Below are positions 10,752 to 20,641 of a DNA stretch of 64,000 nucleotides, in pieces. The notes below the pieces were generated by a model, which searched no databases, was not told the origin of the DNA, and saw only the letters and a list, made by a program, of their open reading frames with translations. Origin of the DNA: a virus; the IMG/VR virus record IMGVR_UViG_3300046170_000148, positions 32,001 to 96,000 of that record. One strand, 5' to 3'. The position numbers and the translations under genes are program-made. Position 1 is the stretch's first letter, and every line of letters starts with the position of its first letter.

Positions 10752-12496
10752 GATATTTCCGAAGGTTTGAGTGGCCCTGTATTCAATGGGTCAGTTGTCT
10801 TATTTGTTTTTCTGAAGATTGACTCCACATAATCAGGCACATCAAAGTATGGGTCAAGTTCTGCGACATCCACATCGTTGTGACCGAACACCTGACCGCC
10901 TGGAAACTTACGATAGAACGACTCAAGGAACTGTTCCAGTGTCGTGAACTGTGTGCGAGTGAACGAGTGTGGAGAACGAGAAGGGTTCTCCTGACCAGAT
11001 GCAGCAGCCAATCCACCTACCATTACAACACCAATGGAAAGGTCATTGTGGTCATTCACGGGTGCGTGTTCACCCTTACGGTTGACAGGTCTACCTCTTT
11101 GCAAACTACCATCTCTACGGATGACATAGTGAAACCCGATACCATCGTGTCCCAGTTTGTTGTGAATGTCATTTATCTCTGGTGACCCGATGTTCTTATT
11201 AGAATAAGTCTCTGTGGCGTGAATAATAACTTCTGTCACATCTCGTCTGACTGTAGAGAACTCTGCGTCTAGTTCCTCAACCGAAGATACAAGGGTGAAT
11301 GCATCTTGTGGCGTTTCTCTTCCAGCCCACTTGTTTGCAGTAGATGTAAGAGGCGTTGGTGCGTCGAATAAACTTGCATCTACTACGGTTGAACCAGATA
11401 TCGTTGTATCAAGGTCATTGAGTGACTTATCGATTGTATTGATTTCATTAACCACATCTTGGATTTCAGTATCAGGAACACCTTCCTCTTTACCAATCTT
11501 TCTAACATCATCTACCAACTCTTGTGTTGATGTTGCTTTACTCTGTGATACAAGAGTCTTCGTTCTGTCCGTAACATTCTCAGACTTATTTACAATCGTT
11601 TGTATTGCCTGCACCGATTGTTTAGGGTCTTTAGATGATACCTGACCTAACAGTTGTTTACTCTCTTCGTTAGATAATGTAATACCACCAGCAACAATAT
11701 TTCTAAGAGATGACCTCGCATTACCTGTGAAAGATTCTGTAATATTTTGTAAGAATCCACCCTGAAGTCCTCTATCAACAGAGGTTGATACATTGGTAAA
11801 AAATTCCGAAACACCCGCTTCAAAGTTATTAACTGATGTAGTTACATCATCAAAAACTCTGCGTCCCAATACACCAATGCTGCTGATTGTTGTCAGTATA
11901 TTCTTTGGCTTTTGTGGTTTCCGCATTCAATCCACCGATACCTGTTGCGTTTGATACAACATCTTTTGCATCAGGCATCAACACCACTCAGAGAAGACAC
12001 AGGGTGTAACACTTTTCGCGGCATCTAATGTGTCACCGAAGGATGGTGTTTGTGTGGTTGTTGGTGTTCCACCGATAGAACTAGTAAAAGAAGAAATCGA
12101 ACTTTTTGTTGCCGCTGATTTCTCTTCAGCTTTCTTGGTTGCGGATTCTATGCCAGCAGGGCCACCTTGACCAATTGCAAGTATACCACTCTTCGCTGTA
12201 GTGTTTGAAGAAAATCCACTTAGAGTATTTGCGTCTTCACTAGGAGTATCAAGACCACTCACACCGATATCATCAGTTATTTTTCCGACAGATGTATCTA
12301 ACACTTCGTTGGGTGTGATACTCTCTTTACCAAGACTTTTGACACCACCAAGTATTTCACCGTCTTTTTGACCGACTTTAGTTTTTAACTTTGCATAAAT
12401 CTCTTCAGATGTTTCTATTCCCAAGTCTAAAGGCTTAACCTCTCGTCTAGTAAGAGATTTTAGAGTAGTGTCTAGGTCTTGTTTATTCAACGCCAT
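10748..12496 (-). CDS. Virion-associated N-acetylmuramoyl-L-alanine amidase (T7 lysozyme/Amidase_2 type) with long S/T/G-rich N-terminus; frameshifted near 11900-12005
   Basis: C-terminal IIHAT...IH...G..GIGFHYVIRRDG.LQRGRP...GEH...SIGVVMVGG...GHNDV..DP; ORFs 11978-12496 and 10748-11926 appear to join after removing extra bases. Confidence 0.8.
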
Positions 12497-13359
12497 TATA
12501 CTATCCTATCAACTAATTCTCGTGCAATACGTTCAACACTACTTATTGTAGTTGCATCAGGTTTCTTGAGATAGTATTTACAGAAGATACTACACGTCCC
12601 CTTATCGCCTTCAAGTTTATCGGACTGAAGAAGTCTGATGTTCGCTGCACTTTGTGTTCCTCTCAACTCATATGCAATGAATGAATTCTGTGTGAAGAAA
12701 GTTTTGTAGTCGTTAGAGAATGCTTTCAGGTCTGTGACTCTATTCTCTGACCAGTCTGCAAGTCCTTTGTTTTCGGTTGTGAGATTGGTCTTCATACCTG
12801 ACACGAAAGATAGAGACGCGACAATACCGATTGATTGTTTGATGGTATACCCCAGATTCAAGAAGAACTGAACCGAAACCTTCTCACGATTTCTCTTCAC
12901 AGACCTACCAATTGCACCCACTGTTTCATTCTTGATATCTATCTCCGATGGTTTATTCGCATTGAACACCTTCGTAAAGAAATCTTCGGGCATCTCTTCG
13001 GTCAACCCACTCTCAGGAATACCTAACTGAACCTGTGTTGGAAGTTCGACATGAGGTATCGACCCCAGAATGATTGGTGTCTGAGAATGAATACCATCCA
13101 TGAAGAACCCAAACACCAATGCGTTTGGTAACAGGTGAGGCATTCTACCGATACCTGATACACCACCCTCTGTGGTCGGCAATACACACTGCGCCCACGG
13201 AAGGTCGTGTTGTGGAATATCTTTGGTGGACTCAGAATGCAGACCGTGAATACGAATCTTGAAACGACCCTCATATCCAGCAGGAGCCATATTGTCTATG
13301 ACAGTTGCAACGAACCATCTGGTATTGTCACCGTAGTATTCTGATAGAATTGGATTCAT
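12496..13359 (-). CDS. gp5: gp5 N-terminal OB-fold domain fused to a phage tail lysozyme-like domain
   Basis: WFVATVID...GRFKIRIHGLH...LPWAQ...VFGFFMDG..SQTPIILGSI (gp5 OB fold); FFLNLGYT..QSIGIV...G.A.W...R...L...Q..FI.YEL (tail lysozyme-like). Confidence 0.85.
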   Translation of the reverse strand: MNPILSEYYGDNTRWFVATVIDNMAPAGYEGRFKIRIHGLHSESTKDIPQHDLPWAQCVLPTTEGGVSGIGRMPHLLPNALVFGFFMDGIHSQTPIILGSIPHVELPTQVQLGIPESGLTEEMPEDFFTKVFNANKPSEIDIKNETVGAIGRSVKRNREKVSVQFFLNLGYTIKQSIGIVASLSFVSGMKTNLTTENKGLADWSENRVTDLKAFSNDYKTFFTQNSFIAYELRGTQSAANIRLLQSDKLEGDKGTCSIFCKYYLKKPDATTISSVERIARELVDRIV

Positions 13360-14693
13360 GCCTGTCTCTCCAGTTTACAAATATTCATAGAGACATTATG
13401 TGTGGTATCAGAGAAGACATGTCTTGTTTCATAAACAAGGAAATCACCAGATTTGCCTTTGTCGAGCATTGTGTCTGAGGTAGATTTCTTGTTTACATTT
13501 GTGTTATCGTTTATTACATTCAGTTTGATTATATCTCCAACCCCAGCCTTTGATACAATCAGACCTACGCCTGGCACAACAACATTGAATAGGTTTTTAT
13601 ATAGGTGTGCTTTGATTGCATTGGTCTCAATCTTCTTCTTGAACCGAACCTCATCGTGTTCGTCGTGGTAACTCTTGTGTCTTTCGTATGTGCCTCTGGA
13701 TGTAATCGTGTGAAAGTTCATAGAGTTATAATCATCAATGTGTTGTTCTCCAATTTTAAACTCATCATCAAAGACATTCTGATTTTTACCAATCACACTG
13801 TTCGTTTGTAGACCTTCAAGGGTCTTGCGAATGGTGTGTCGTTGCGAGAAGATTTGTCCTGTATTTAGATTTGTATTAGAATACTGAGAACCGACTAATC
13901 CTTGTTCAATAATCTTGAGAGTGTTGGACATCTTGGTTGTCTTCATACCCGATACAATAAATGATTTCTTATCTTCTCCACCCTGTTCTGCAAGAGCAAC
14001 GTTTGCAGGATTGTAGATATATGGTAACTTGGCGTTGAATGCGTCCTGAGATAACATTGCGTCTAGATTACCAAACCTGATATTGTCATCATGCATTGAC
14101 CCGTAGATAAAGAATGGTGACCCTGTGATTGTTGAAGCCCTTTTGGTCAACCACAGTGCTGCATCGATTGGATTTAGATTAGGAATGATACCCTTCATAC
14201 TGGTCTGAATTGGTTTAGACTCACCCAGATAAGAGATGTCAATATTCTTTTTCATCTCTGACCCAATGAGTTTAACGATGATATCGTCGATACTACCACT
14301 GAATGACCTACTGATTCTCTTGGAACGAGCCAAGAATGCGTGTTCATCCATCAGTGTAATGTTGAGAATACTCGCCTTACCTTGTTCGGACTTGACTGAC
14401 CGTTCAATACCTGTCATAATGAAACTACGTTCAAACACAGGTTGAAGGTCATTGGTAACAGACGCAATGGTTACCTTAAATCTTTCCGTTCCGTTGAAGT
14501 TGATTATATCAAGTAAAGCGTTATCATCTAAGACAATCAACTGACCCGTCAGGTATGGTTTGTCAAGACTTTCAAAGATATTCAACTCAACAATAGAGGT
14601 GCGAACATCAAAGTCTTGTTCCAGCAATCGGTCTGCCGATATGACCGCCTCAGTAATCTTGAACTGTTGCGATTGGTTTTGATTAGATGCCAT
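13356..14693 (-). CDS. Baseplate hub protein, gp27-like
   Basis: IFESLDKPYLTGQLIVLD N-terminus and SGDFLVYETRHVF C-terminus typical of hub/late-control D proteins; lies between gp53 and gp5. Confidence 0.65.
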   Translation of the reverse strand: MASNQNQSQQFKITEAVISADRLLEQDFDVRTSIVELNIFESLDKPYLTGQLIVLDDNALLDIINFNGTERFKVTIASVTNDLQPVFERSFIMTGIERSVKSEQGKASILNITLMDEHAFLARSKRISRSFSGSIDDIIVKLIGSEMKKNIDISYLGESKPIQTSMKGIIPNLNPIDAALWLTKRASTITGSPFFIYGSMHDDNIRFGNLDAMLSQDAFNAKLPYIYNPANVALAEQGGEDKKSFIVSGMKTTKMSNTLKIIEQGLVGSQYSNTNLNTGQIFSQRHTIRKTLEGLQTNSVIGKNQNVFDDEFKIGEQHIDDYNSMNFHTITSRGTYERHKSYHDEHDEVRFKKKIETNAIKAHLYKNLFNVVVPGVGLIVSKAGVGDIIKLNVINDNTNVNKKSTSDTMLDKGKSGDFLVYETRHVFSDTTHNVSMNICKLERQA

Positions 14694-15443
14694 TACGACT
14701 CTCTATGAAATTTAGCGAACTCACCCGCAACTTGATTTACAACATCTGGTTTGAGAACAATAATCTCTTTGAGTTCATCATTCCTTTGTTCTAGTCTATC
14801 TCTATACGTCACTGGTGTCCAACTTGCCGATGGACTACCGAAGTCGTATATCGTCAGGTCTTGATGCACACCATTCACATCTTCGTAGTGATGAATAGCA
14901 TTGTATTGTTCGGACTCCGCAATGGCAGTCAGTGATTGTATATTTCCGTCTACATCAGTATATCGAATCAACTCTGTCGAATTAAATTTTGTTGTGTTTG
15001 GTTCTTCACCCGTATCAATGATGAGTTGACCCATATCAGAAATCCTACGAATAACTGTTCCTGTCGTAGTGCTACTAACACCCGTCACACTTTGACCGAC
15101 AGGAAAGATACCTGTCAGGTTTGTGTTGGTTGTCACAACACGATAAGGATATTTTGATTTTGCAATATTTAACATATCGTAATTATCAACAGGCCAACCA
15201 CTCTCACGAATGTGATTGTTCATCAGATAGAATGTCCAATAGTAATCTGGAGTGCCATACAGTTTGTAGGATAGTGTGTCTGGTCTCTCGCCTGCACTGA
15301 TAGTATACTTGTTGTAAAAAAGCAACATTCTCTTTTACTTGGTCAATTACATCGACATATGCAGTGAGATTATTAAAAAGGACTGGACTCTCGTTATCAC
15401 CAAAACGATATGATACGATTCCAAAGTTGTCGAAATATGCCAT
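14693..15443 (-). CDS. gp53: Baseplate wedge subunit gp53 (one extra T near 15320)
   Basis: MAYFDNF..., Y.I..GERPDTLSYKLYG.PDYYW, AIHHYED, VTY.D..EQ.ND..K.I..LKP. Confidence 0.9.
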
Positions 15444-16318
15444 TAGAATCCTGCCTCAATTTGTCTTCTGTCTAGTGTTCTAGATTCGGTAAATGATACA
15501 CTCATGTCAATCTCACTAAAGTTTCCGTCATCATGCATTGCCATCGTTGATGGGTTGTATGTAATACTCACATCTCTGAGGAAACAAGGGAGAATTTTGT
15601 TTGTAACTTCTTTACCGTTATATTCAATTTGAATGTTAAATCTGTTTGGAAATCTATACCCCAGAGAAATACCAGCGTCAGAAATATCTTCGGGATAAAG
15701 TTCTTCTCTGAATAGTTGGATAATATTCTTGACCTCTTCTGCTTCTTTTGCAGAACATGGTAAAAACTTAAATGTAAATGCAAACTCTCTTAGTGCAACA
15801 CTCTTGAACAAGGCACGACTGTTGGGATTTGTGGTAACTCGTGCTGCAGCCCTAGCAATATTACCTACTTCTTGATTTTTTTGTGCAAGACGAACAATAG
15901 CAAGACTCGCTTGTTGTTGAGAATTAGCGCCCTTCAGTCTATCTGCGGCACTAGAACCAGCAGCAATAGAACCAGCAACACTTCCAGATAACAGGTCAGT
16001 ATTTTCGTAAGCGACATTATCACGGAACTGAAGACCAACAGGAAGATAAAGAGAAACTCTACGAGTAGCAGTTTTTGGTGGTGTGCCTTTTAATGCTCTA
16101 TTGACACCACCTTTGAATTGTTGTATTAGATTAGTGCCAGGCACGTCACCTCCGACAACATCTTTTATGGCATCTTTTGCAGCTTTTGTCTTAGACTGAG
16201 CACTTTGGGCAAGTTCACCCAAATTTGGTTGTTCTTCCTCAAGAACTGAAAAAACAATCTGACCACCATAGTCAGAAGTATCTTCAATGGGATATTGGAA
16301 ATTGTCTTTTAATGCCAT
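15443..16318 (-). CDS. gp48: Baseplate tail-tube cap gp48
   Basis: VSLYLP, TNPN...LFK.V.LREFAFTFKF.P.S..EA..V..II..F, PCFL..V...Y, SFTE. Confidence 0.85.
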   Translation of the reverse strand: MALKDNFQYPIEDTSDYGGQIVFSVLEEEQPNLGELAQSAQSKTKAAKDAIKDVVGGDVPGTNLIQQFKGGVNRALKGTPPKTATRRVSLYLPVGLQFRDNVAYENTDLLSGSVAGSIAAGSSAADRLKGANSQQQASLAIVRLAQKNQEVGNIARAAARVTTNPNSRALFKSVALREFAFTFKFLPCSAKEAEEVKNIIQLFREELYPEDISDAGISLGYRFPNRFNIQIEYNGKEVTNKILPCFLRDVSITYNPSTMAMHDDGNFSEIDMSVSFTESRTLDRRQIEAGF

Positions 16319-16351
16319 TTGTAAATCCACTAAATAAAAATAATTCGATAC

Positions 16352-16359
16352 TATTTATA
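16352..16359 (-). promoter_or_regulatory. T4-type late promoter TATAAATA at the divergent gp48/gp4 junction
   Basis: Exact consensus in an AT-rich intergenic region. Confidence 0.7.
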
Positions 16360-16366
16360 AGGTTTT

Positions 16367-16843
16367 ATGGCATATTCTGGACGATATAAACCGAAAAATC
16401 CAAAGAAGTATAAGGGTGACTACACAAAGGTCATCTATCGTTCTTTGTGGGAGAAACACGCCTTCAAGTGGTGTGATAACAACTCAAATGTGATTGAGTG
16501 GTCAAGTGAGGAAGTGGTCATACCATATCTATATGAGGTTGACCATAAGTATCATCGTTACTTCATGGACTTAAAAATCAAGATGAAAGATGGTAAAGTC
16601 TTTCTGGTTGAGATAAAACCAGACGCACAGACACGACCACCGACAGGTCAACGCAGAACGAAACGATATATCACCGAAAGTCTAACTTATGTTAAGAATA
16701 TGAATAAGTGGACTACGGCTCAAGAATACGCAAAAGACCGTGGTTGGCACTTTGTTATCTGGACAGAAAAGAACGAACCTCTCAAGTCAATCATACCTAA
16801 ATCAACAAAACAACTAAAACCTTTCAAAAGACGTAAGAAATAA
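16367..16843 (+). CDS. gp4: Head completion protein gp4 (TnsA-like nuclease fold)
   Basis: YSGRYKPKNPKKYKGD...IYRSLWE, WSSEE..IPY, HRYFMD, LVEIKP, N..KW..A. Confidence 0.95.
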   Translation: MAYSGRYKPKNPKKYKGDYTKVIYRSLWEKHAFKWCDNNSNVIEWSSEEVVIPYLYEVDHKYHRYFMDLKIKMKDGKVFLVEIKPDAQTRPPTGQRRTKRYITESLTYVKNMNKWTTAQEYAKDRGWHFVIWTEKNEPLKSIIPKSTKQLKPFKRRKK

Positions 16844-16844
16844 G

Positions 16845-16852
16845 TATAAATA
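16845..16852 (+). promoter_or_regulatory. T4-type late promoter TATAAATA
   Basis: Exact consensus just upstream of the gp2 ATG. Confidence 0.7.
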
Positions 16853-16857
16853 CTGGC

Positions 16858-17442
16858 ATGAGTAACTTATTCCAAAGACTGGAACTGCAAGCATTCCGTG
16901 CTGGTATTACACCACGCACGAAGGAATCGCGTGAATGGTTTCGTAAGAAAGCAAAGAACCTTCGTTCTGTCAACCGTGAAGCGTTGATGCAAGAGAAGGA
17001 ATTGAATCGTGGCAACAGACAAATCATTGGTTCGATGCAGATGTTCTTCTATGACCCGAAGACCAAAGACACCCTTCCATACTATGATGCGTTTCCTCTG
17101 GTGATTGTGGTTGGCCCTGCGGAAGGTGGGTTCTATGGATTGAACCTTCACTATCTTCCACCACTTCTTCGTGCGAAGTTCCTTGACTCCCTTCTGGATA
17201 TCCAGTCCAGTAAGACGAGTGATGATTCCAAGTTCAATATCACCTATAAGAGATTGCAGGCTGCAAGTAAGTTCAAGTATTTCAAACCATGTTTCAAACA
17301 CTATCTGAATGACCATGTGAAGAGTAAGTTCGCAGAAGTCCAAGCACCAGAGTGGGAAATCGCAACCTTCCTACCAACCGCAGACTTCCGCAAGAGAAAC
17401 TCTTCCAAAGTGTTCTCAGATTCAAGACGGATGATAGGATAA
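16858..17442 (+). CDS. gp2: DNA end protector protein gp2
   Basis: FFYDPKTKDTLPYYDAFPLV, GLNLHYLPP..R, PCFKHYL, FLPTA.F. Confidence 0.95.
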   Translation: MSNLFQRLELQAFRAGITPRTKESREWFRKKAKNLRSVNREALMQEKELNRGNRQIIGSMQMFFYDPKTKDTLPYYDAFPLVIVVGPAEGGFYGLNLHYLPPLLRAKFLDSLLDIQSSKTSDDSKFNITYKRLQAASKFKYFKPCFKHYLNDHVKSKFAEVQAPEWEIATFLPTADFRKRNSSKVFSDSRRMIG

Positions 17443-18164
17443 TGGTATTTCGCGTAGACGATTTTAGAGCGCAAGTAAGTAGGGGTGGTGGGTTCGCATC
17501 ACAGAACATGTTCCGTGTTCAACTGCCTCGTATTCAGGGTGCGCCTCTGGGTGGTAACGACCCAAGAGAATTAGACATGTTGTGTCGTGTAACTAGTTTG
17601 CCAGGCCGTCAGGTTTTGTCAACGGACAAACAGATTGGAACAGTTCTAACCAAAGTTGCAAACGGATATGCAGTTGCAGATTTGAATATGACATTCTACT
17701 GCATGAACGACTATGGTATTCGCAGATACTTTGAGGCATGGCAGAACCTTGCACACAATCGAGAAACAAAAACGATTGGGTATTTCAAAGACTATGCCAA
17801 ACCAGTTGTCATTCAACAACTGAAGAAGGGTGTGTCATTCCCAATCAAAAAGAAGAAAGTTTTTGATACTGGTAGAATTCCTAGTGGTATTCGTAATCGT
17901 CTCCCTCGTATTGGGCCACTTGACCTTGCACAGGGTGAGATTGATTTGAACGGTATCTTTGGTGACCAGATTGCATACAGTTGTGTTCTTGAGAATGCAT
18001 ACCCAACAACACTGAATGAAATCACACTAAATAATGAAACGCAAGATGTTGTGGAAGTGTCAGTCCAATTGTCTTACAAAGACTGGCGCTCCCAACAAGG
18101 CGAAATCTCCAGCGGTTTGGTTGAAGGTCTCGCAGGCGAATTGATTCGTAGAGTATTAAGGTAA
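17442..18164 (+). CDS. gp54: Tail-tube initiator / tube-like protein (gp54/gp19 family)
   Basis: FRAQV..GGG.A..N.FRV, C....LPGR, R.YFE.WQ, L.NAYPTT; likely start at ATG 17442, overlapping the gp2 stop. Confidence 0.7.
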   Translation: MVFRVDDFRAQVSRGGGFASQNMFRVQLPRIQGAPLGGNDPRELDMLCRVTSLPGRQVLSTDKQIGTVLTKVANGYAVADLNMTFYCMNDYGIRRYFEAWQNLAHNRETKTIGYFKDYAKPVVIQQLKKGVSFPIKKKKVFDTGRIPSGIRNRLPRIGPLDLAQGEIDLNGIFGDQIAYSCVLENAYPTTLNEITLNNETQDVVEVSVQLSYKDWRSQQGEISSGLVEGLAGELIRRVLR

Positions 18165-18179
18165 TTATGGAGTTAAATT

Positions 18180-18884
18180 ATGGCATTACCCAAGTTAAAT
18201 GATACACCGAAGTATGAACTAGAAATCCCTTCCACAGGAAGTGTAATATCATATCGGCCGTATCTTGTCAAGGAAGAAAAAATTCTTCTTATGGCATTTG
18301 AGTCGCAAGACCAGAAACAAGCAATGAGAGCAATGGTAGACACGGTTGCTGCCTGTGTGTATGAGGATATAAATCCACAATCACTGACAACCTTTGATGT
18401 TGAATATATGTTCTTACAAATTCGTTCCAAATCTGTTGGTGAAACATCAACGATTGGTGTGAAGTGTTCTGAGTGTGAACATCAGAATGAAGTGGTTATC
18501 CCTGTTGGTGACATCAAGATTCCAAAATCAGATGTGAGTAAACTAATTGAACTTACCCCAGAGATTTCTATTGAGATGACATACCCAAAATTCAATGAAG
18601 TCGTTGATGGATATGAAGAGGGTAAACAGGAAAGTAAATTTGCATTTGAACTAATTGAAAAAAGTATTGGTGCAATCATCACTCCTGATGAGAGAATCAA
18701 CACCAACGAAGTTAAATCAGTCGAAGTAAAAGAATTTGTTGAATCCATGACAACCGCACAGTTGTCTATGGTATCAGACTTTGTAGAACAAATGCCTACA
18801 CTGAAACATGACATCGAATTCAATTGTTCGAATTGTAGTTCAGATAATAAACAAGAACTGAGAGGGGTCGCTGATTTTTTCTGA
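18180..18884 (+). CDS. gp26: Baseplate hub subunit/chaperone gp26
   Basis: MALPKL.TP.YEL.IPSTG..I.YRPYLVKEEKILLMA.E, FDVEYMFLQIRSKSVGE, CxxC pairs, ends LRGVADFF. Confidence 0.93.
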   Translation: MALPKLNDTPKYELEIPSTGSVISYRPYLVKEEKILLMAFESQDQKQAMRAMVDTVAACVYEDINPQSLTTFDVEYMFLQIRSKSVGETSTIGVKCSECEHQNEVVIPVGDIKIPKSDVSKLIELTPEISIEMTYPKFNEVVDGYEEGKQESKFAFELIEKSIGAIITPDERINTNEVKSVEVKEFVESMTTAQLSMVSDFVEQMPTLKHDIEFNCSNCSSDNKQELRGVADFF

Positions 18885-19063
18885 TAAGCCTCTCTCATGA
18901 GAGTTTAGTGAATCATTATAATACGAACTTTTCTATGATGCAACACTTTAAATACTCATTAACGGAACTGGATATGATGATGCCGTGGGAGAGGGAAATA
19001 TATGTCAGTATGTTATTGCAACACCTAGAAGAAGAAAAAGAAAGAGCAAAACAAAATGGCTGA
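18881..19063 (+). CDS. gp51: Baseplate hub assembly protein gp51 (lies in the -1 frame of gp26; start uncertain)
   Basis: Manual translation LISLSHESLVNHYNTNFSMMQHFKYSLTELDMMMPWEREIYVSMLLQHLEEEKERAKQNG*; NF.MMQH.KYSLTE...M.PWER.IY is the gp51 signature. Confidence 0.85.
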   Translation: MISLSHESLVNHYNTNFSMMQHFKYSLTELDMMMPWEREIYVSMLLQHLEEEKERAKQNG

Positions 19064-20591
19064 GATGAACGCCGTCACTGAACAACTAAAACATAACAGT
19101 GAACAACAACAAGAAGACGCAAAAGAGAACCGCGAAGTTCTTAGTAAAATTGTCGGCAAATTTGCTGAGATGTTCAAACGTGATGACCGTAGTAAACTTG
19201 ATGCACTTGAATCCCAAAGGGATAAAGATAAAAAGGCAAAAGAAACACTTGCACCATTAGCAAAGGTCAGTGCTAAAGATATTCTGTCTCCAAGCGGAAT
19301 ACTTGGTGTTGCGGGTGCGGGTGCAGTCGGGGCTATTGTTGGTCTTGCATCAGCCTATGCAAACTTCTATAAAGATTTGTTTCAAAGAATCGCTGGTGGT
19401 GATAAGAATGGTAAGAAAGGATTCTTTGGTCTTATGAGAACACGGATTCTCGCACCATTCAAAAATTTCATGATTGGGTTTACCAAGATTGGAGCTGAGA
19501 TAAATGCTGGTGTGAAAGGTCTAAAAGAACTCAAAGTTTCAGACTTTACCACTAAAATGGCTAAACTAGGTGCAACACTAAGATTGTCACTCGCTGGTGG
19601 TATTCTCAAACCGTTTGGTGATTTGGTTCGTGGAATAATTGAGCCATTCAAATTCTTGAGAGAAAATTTCAAATCTTTCGGGGTTGATAAAAATCCTGTT
19701 ATACGAGCAATCTCTAATTTTGTTGGAGTGTTTGGCCGCTTTCTTGGTTTCTTTGTTGGAATAATTGGTAGAGTATTCTCAGCGCCATTTGTTTTTGCAT
19801 TTAATTTCGTTAAAGAACTGATTACTGGTGAGGGTGATATTGGACAAAGAATTGTCACCGGCCTCCTAGAAGGTGTTCGAGGTGTCATCAACTTCTTTAT
19901 CTTTGACTTCGTTGAAATCATAACAGGTGGGTTAAGAAAAGTATCTGAATATTTCGACTTTGAATTTGGTGTAAAAGTTGCAGATGCTTTTGATAAAACT
20001 ATTGGAAAAATAGGTGATGCATTCAACGAAGCGTTTGACCTTTTGACAGGATTTGTCTTGGGTGAAGATTTGAATGAATTAGCAAATAATTCACCAACTC
20101 TTCAAGCGTTTGTAGAATGGCTTAAACTTGGTTGGTTGAGAGACGGAGTTGCAGAACTTTTTTCCTTTGCTGACAATTATGTAAAAGAAAGTATCATTCC
20201 AAAAGTAAAGAGTATTTTTGACTTCGTTGGTGAACTATTCGACAGATTGGTTCAAAACGTAAAAAGCTTTATAAAAGACAAACTTGGAATAACAGACGCC
20301 GGTGAAGTGCAAGGCAATGCTTTTCAAGATGTAAATCAAGCTGATTTGTCTGATGAACAACGCAAGTTCTTAGAACAAAGAAATCAAGCACTACAGAAAA
20401 TTAAAGAAGAAAACCTACAGGGTGATGCATTGAAGTCACGTCTCGATGCAATCAATAAGTTGGCAACAGAACAAGGTGTTGCAGGAATGAACTATGTGGA
20501 CAATAGCACTGGTGCAATTTATCAGTCAGCAAACTCATTTATTCAAGACTACTCGGCTGCAACCGACGATACCGACAAGAAGCCTAATTAA
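19056..20591 (+). CDS. Putative tape-measure protein (gp29-like)
   Basis: 511 aa, amphipathic and hydrophobic helical repeats rich in F/G/I; follows gp26/gp51. Confidence 0.6.
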   Translation: MAEMNAVTEQLKHNSEQQQEDAKENREVLSKIVGKFAEMFKRDDRSKLDALESQRDKDKKAKETLAPLAKVSAKDILSPSGILGVAGAGAVGAIVGLASAYANFYKDLFQRIAGGDKNGKKGFFGLMRTRILAPFKNFMIGFTKIGAEINAGVKGLKELKVSDFTTKMAKLGATLRLSLAGGILKPFGDLVRGIIEPFKFLRENFKSFGVDKNPVIRAISNFVGVFGRFLGFFVGIIGRVFSAPFVFAFNFVKELITGEGDIGQRIVTGLLEGVRGVINFFIFDFVEIITGGLRKVSEYFDFEFGVKVADAFDKTIGKIGDAFNEAFDLLTGFVLGEDLNELANNSPTLQAFVEWLKLGWLRDGVAELFSFADNYVKESIIPKVKSIFDFVGELFDRLVQNVKSFIKDKLGITDAGEVQGNAFQDVNQADLSDEQRKFLEQRNQALQKIKEENLQGDALKSRLDAINKLATEQGVAGMNYVDNSTGAIYQSANSFIQDYSAATDDTDKKPN

Positions 20592-20617
20592 AAAAGGGTG
20601 ACCGAAGCCACCCTTTC
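20590..20617. terminator. Rho-independent terminator between convergent genes, cUUCGg loop on the minus strand
   Basis: AAAAAAGGGTGACCGAAGCCACCCTTT; minus strand GGGTGGC-TTCG-GTCACCC-TTTTTT. Confidence 0.85.
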
Positions 20618-20641
20618 TCATCATCCATAGGAGAATGAATC

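Noticed and set aside
16367-16843. TnsA-like nuclease as evidence of a Tn7 element
   Set aside because: It is the T4 gp4 head-completion gene in its normal context next to gp2; no tnsB/C or terminal repeats
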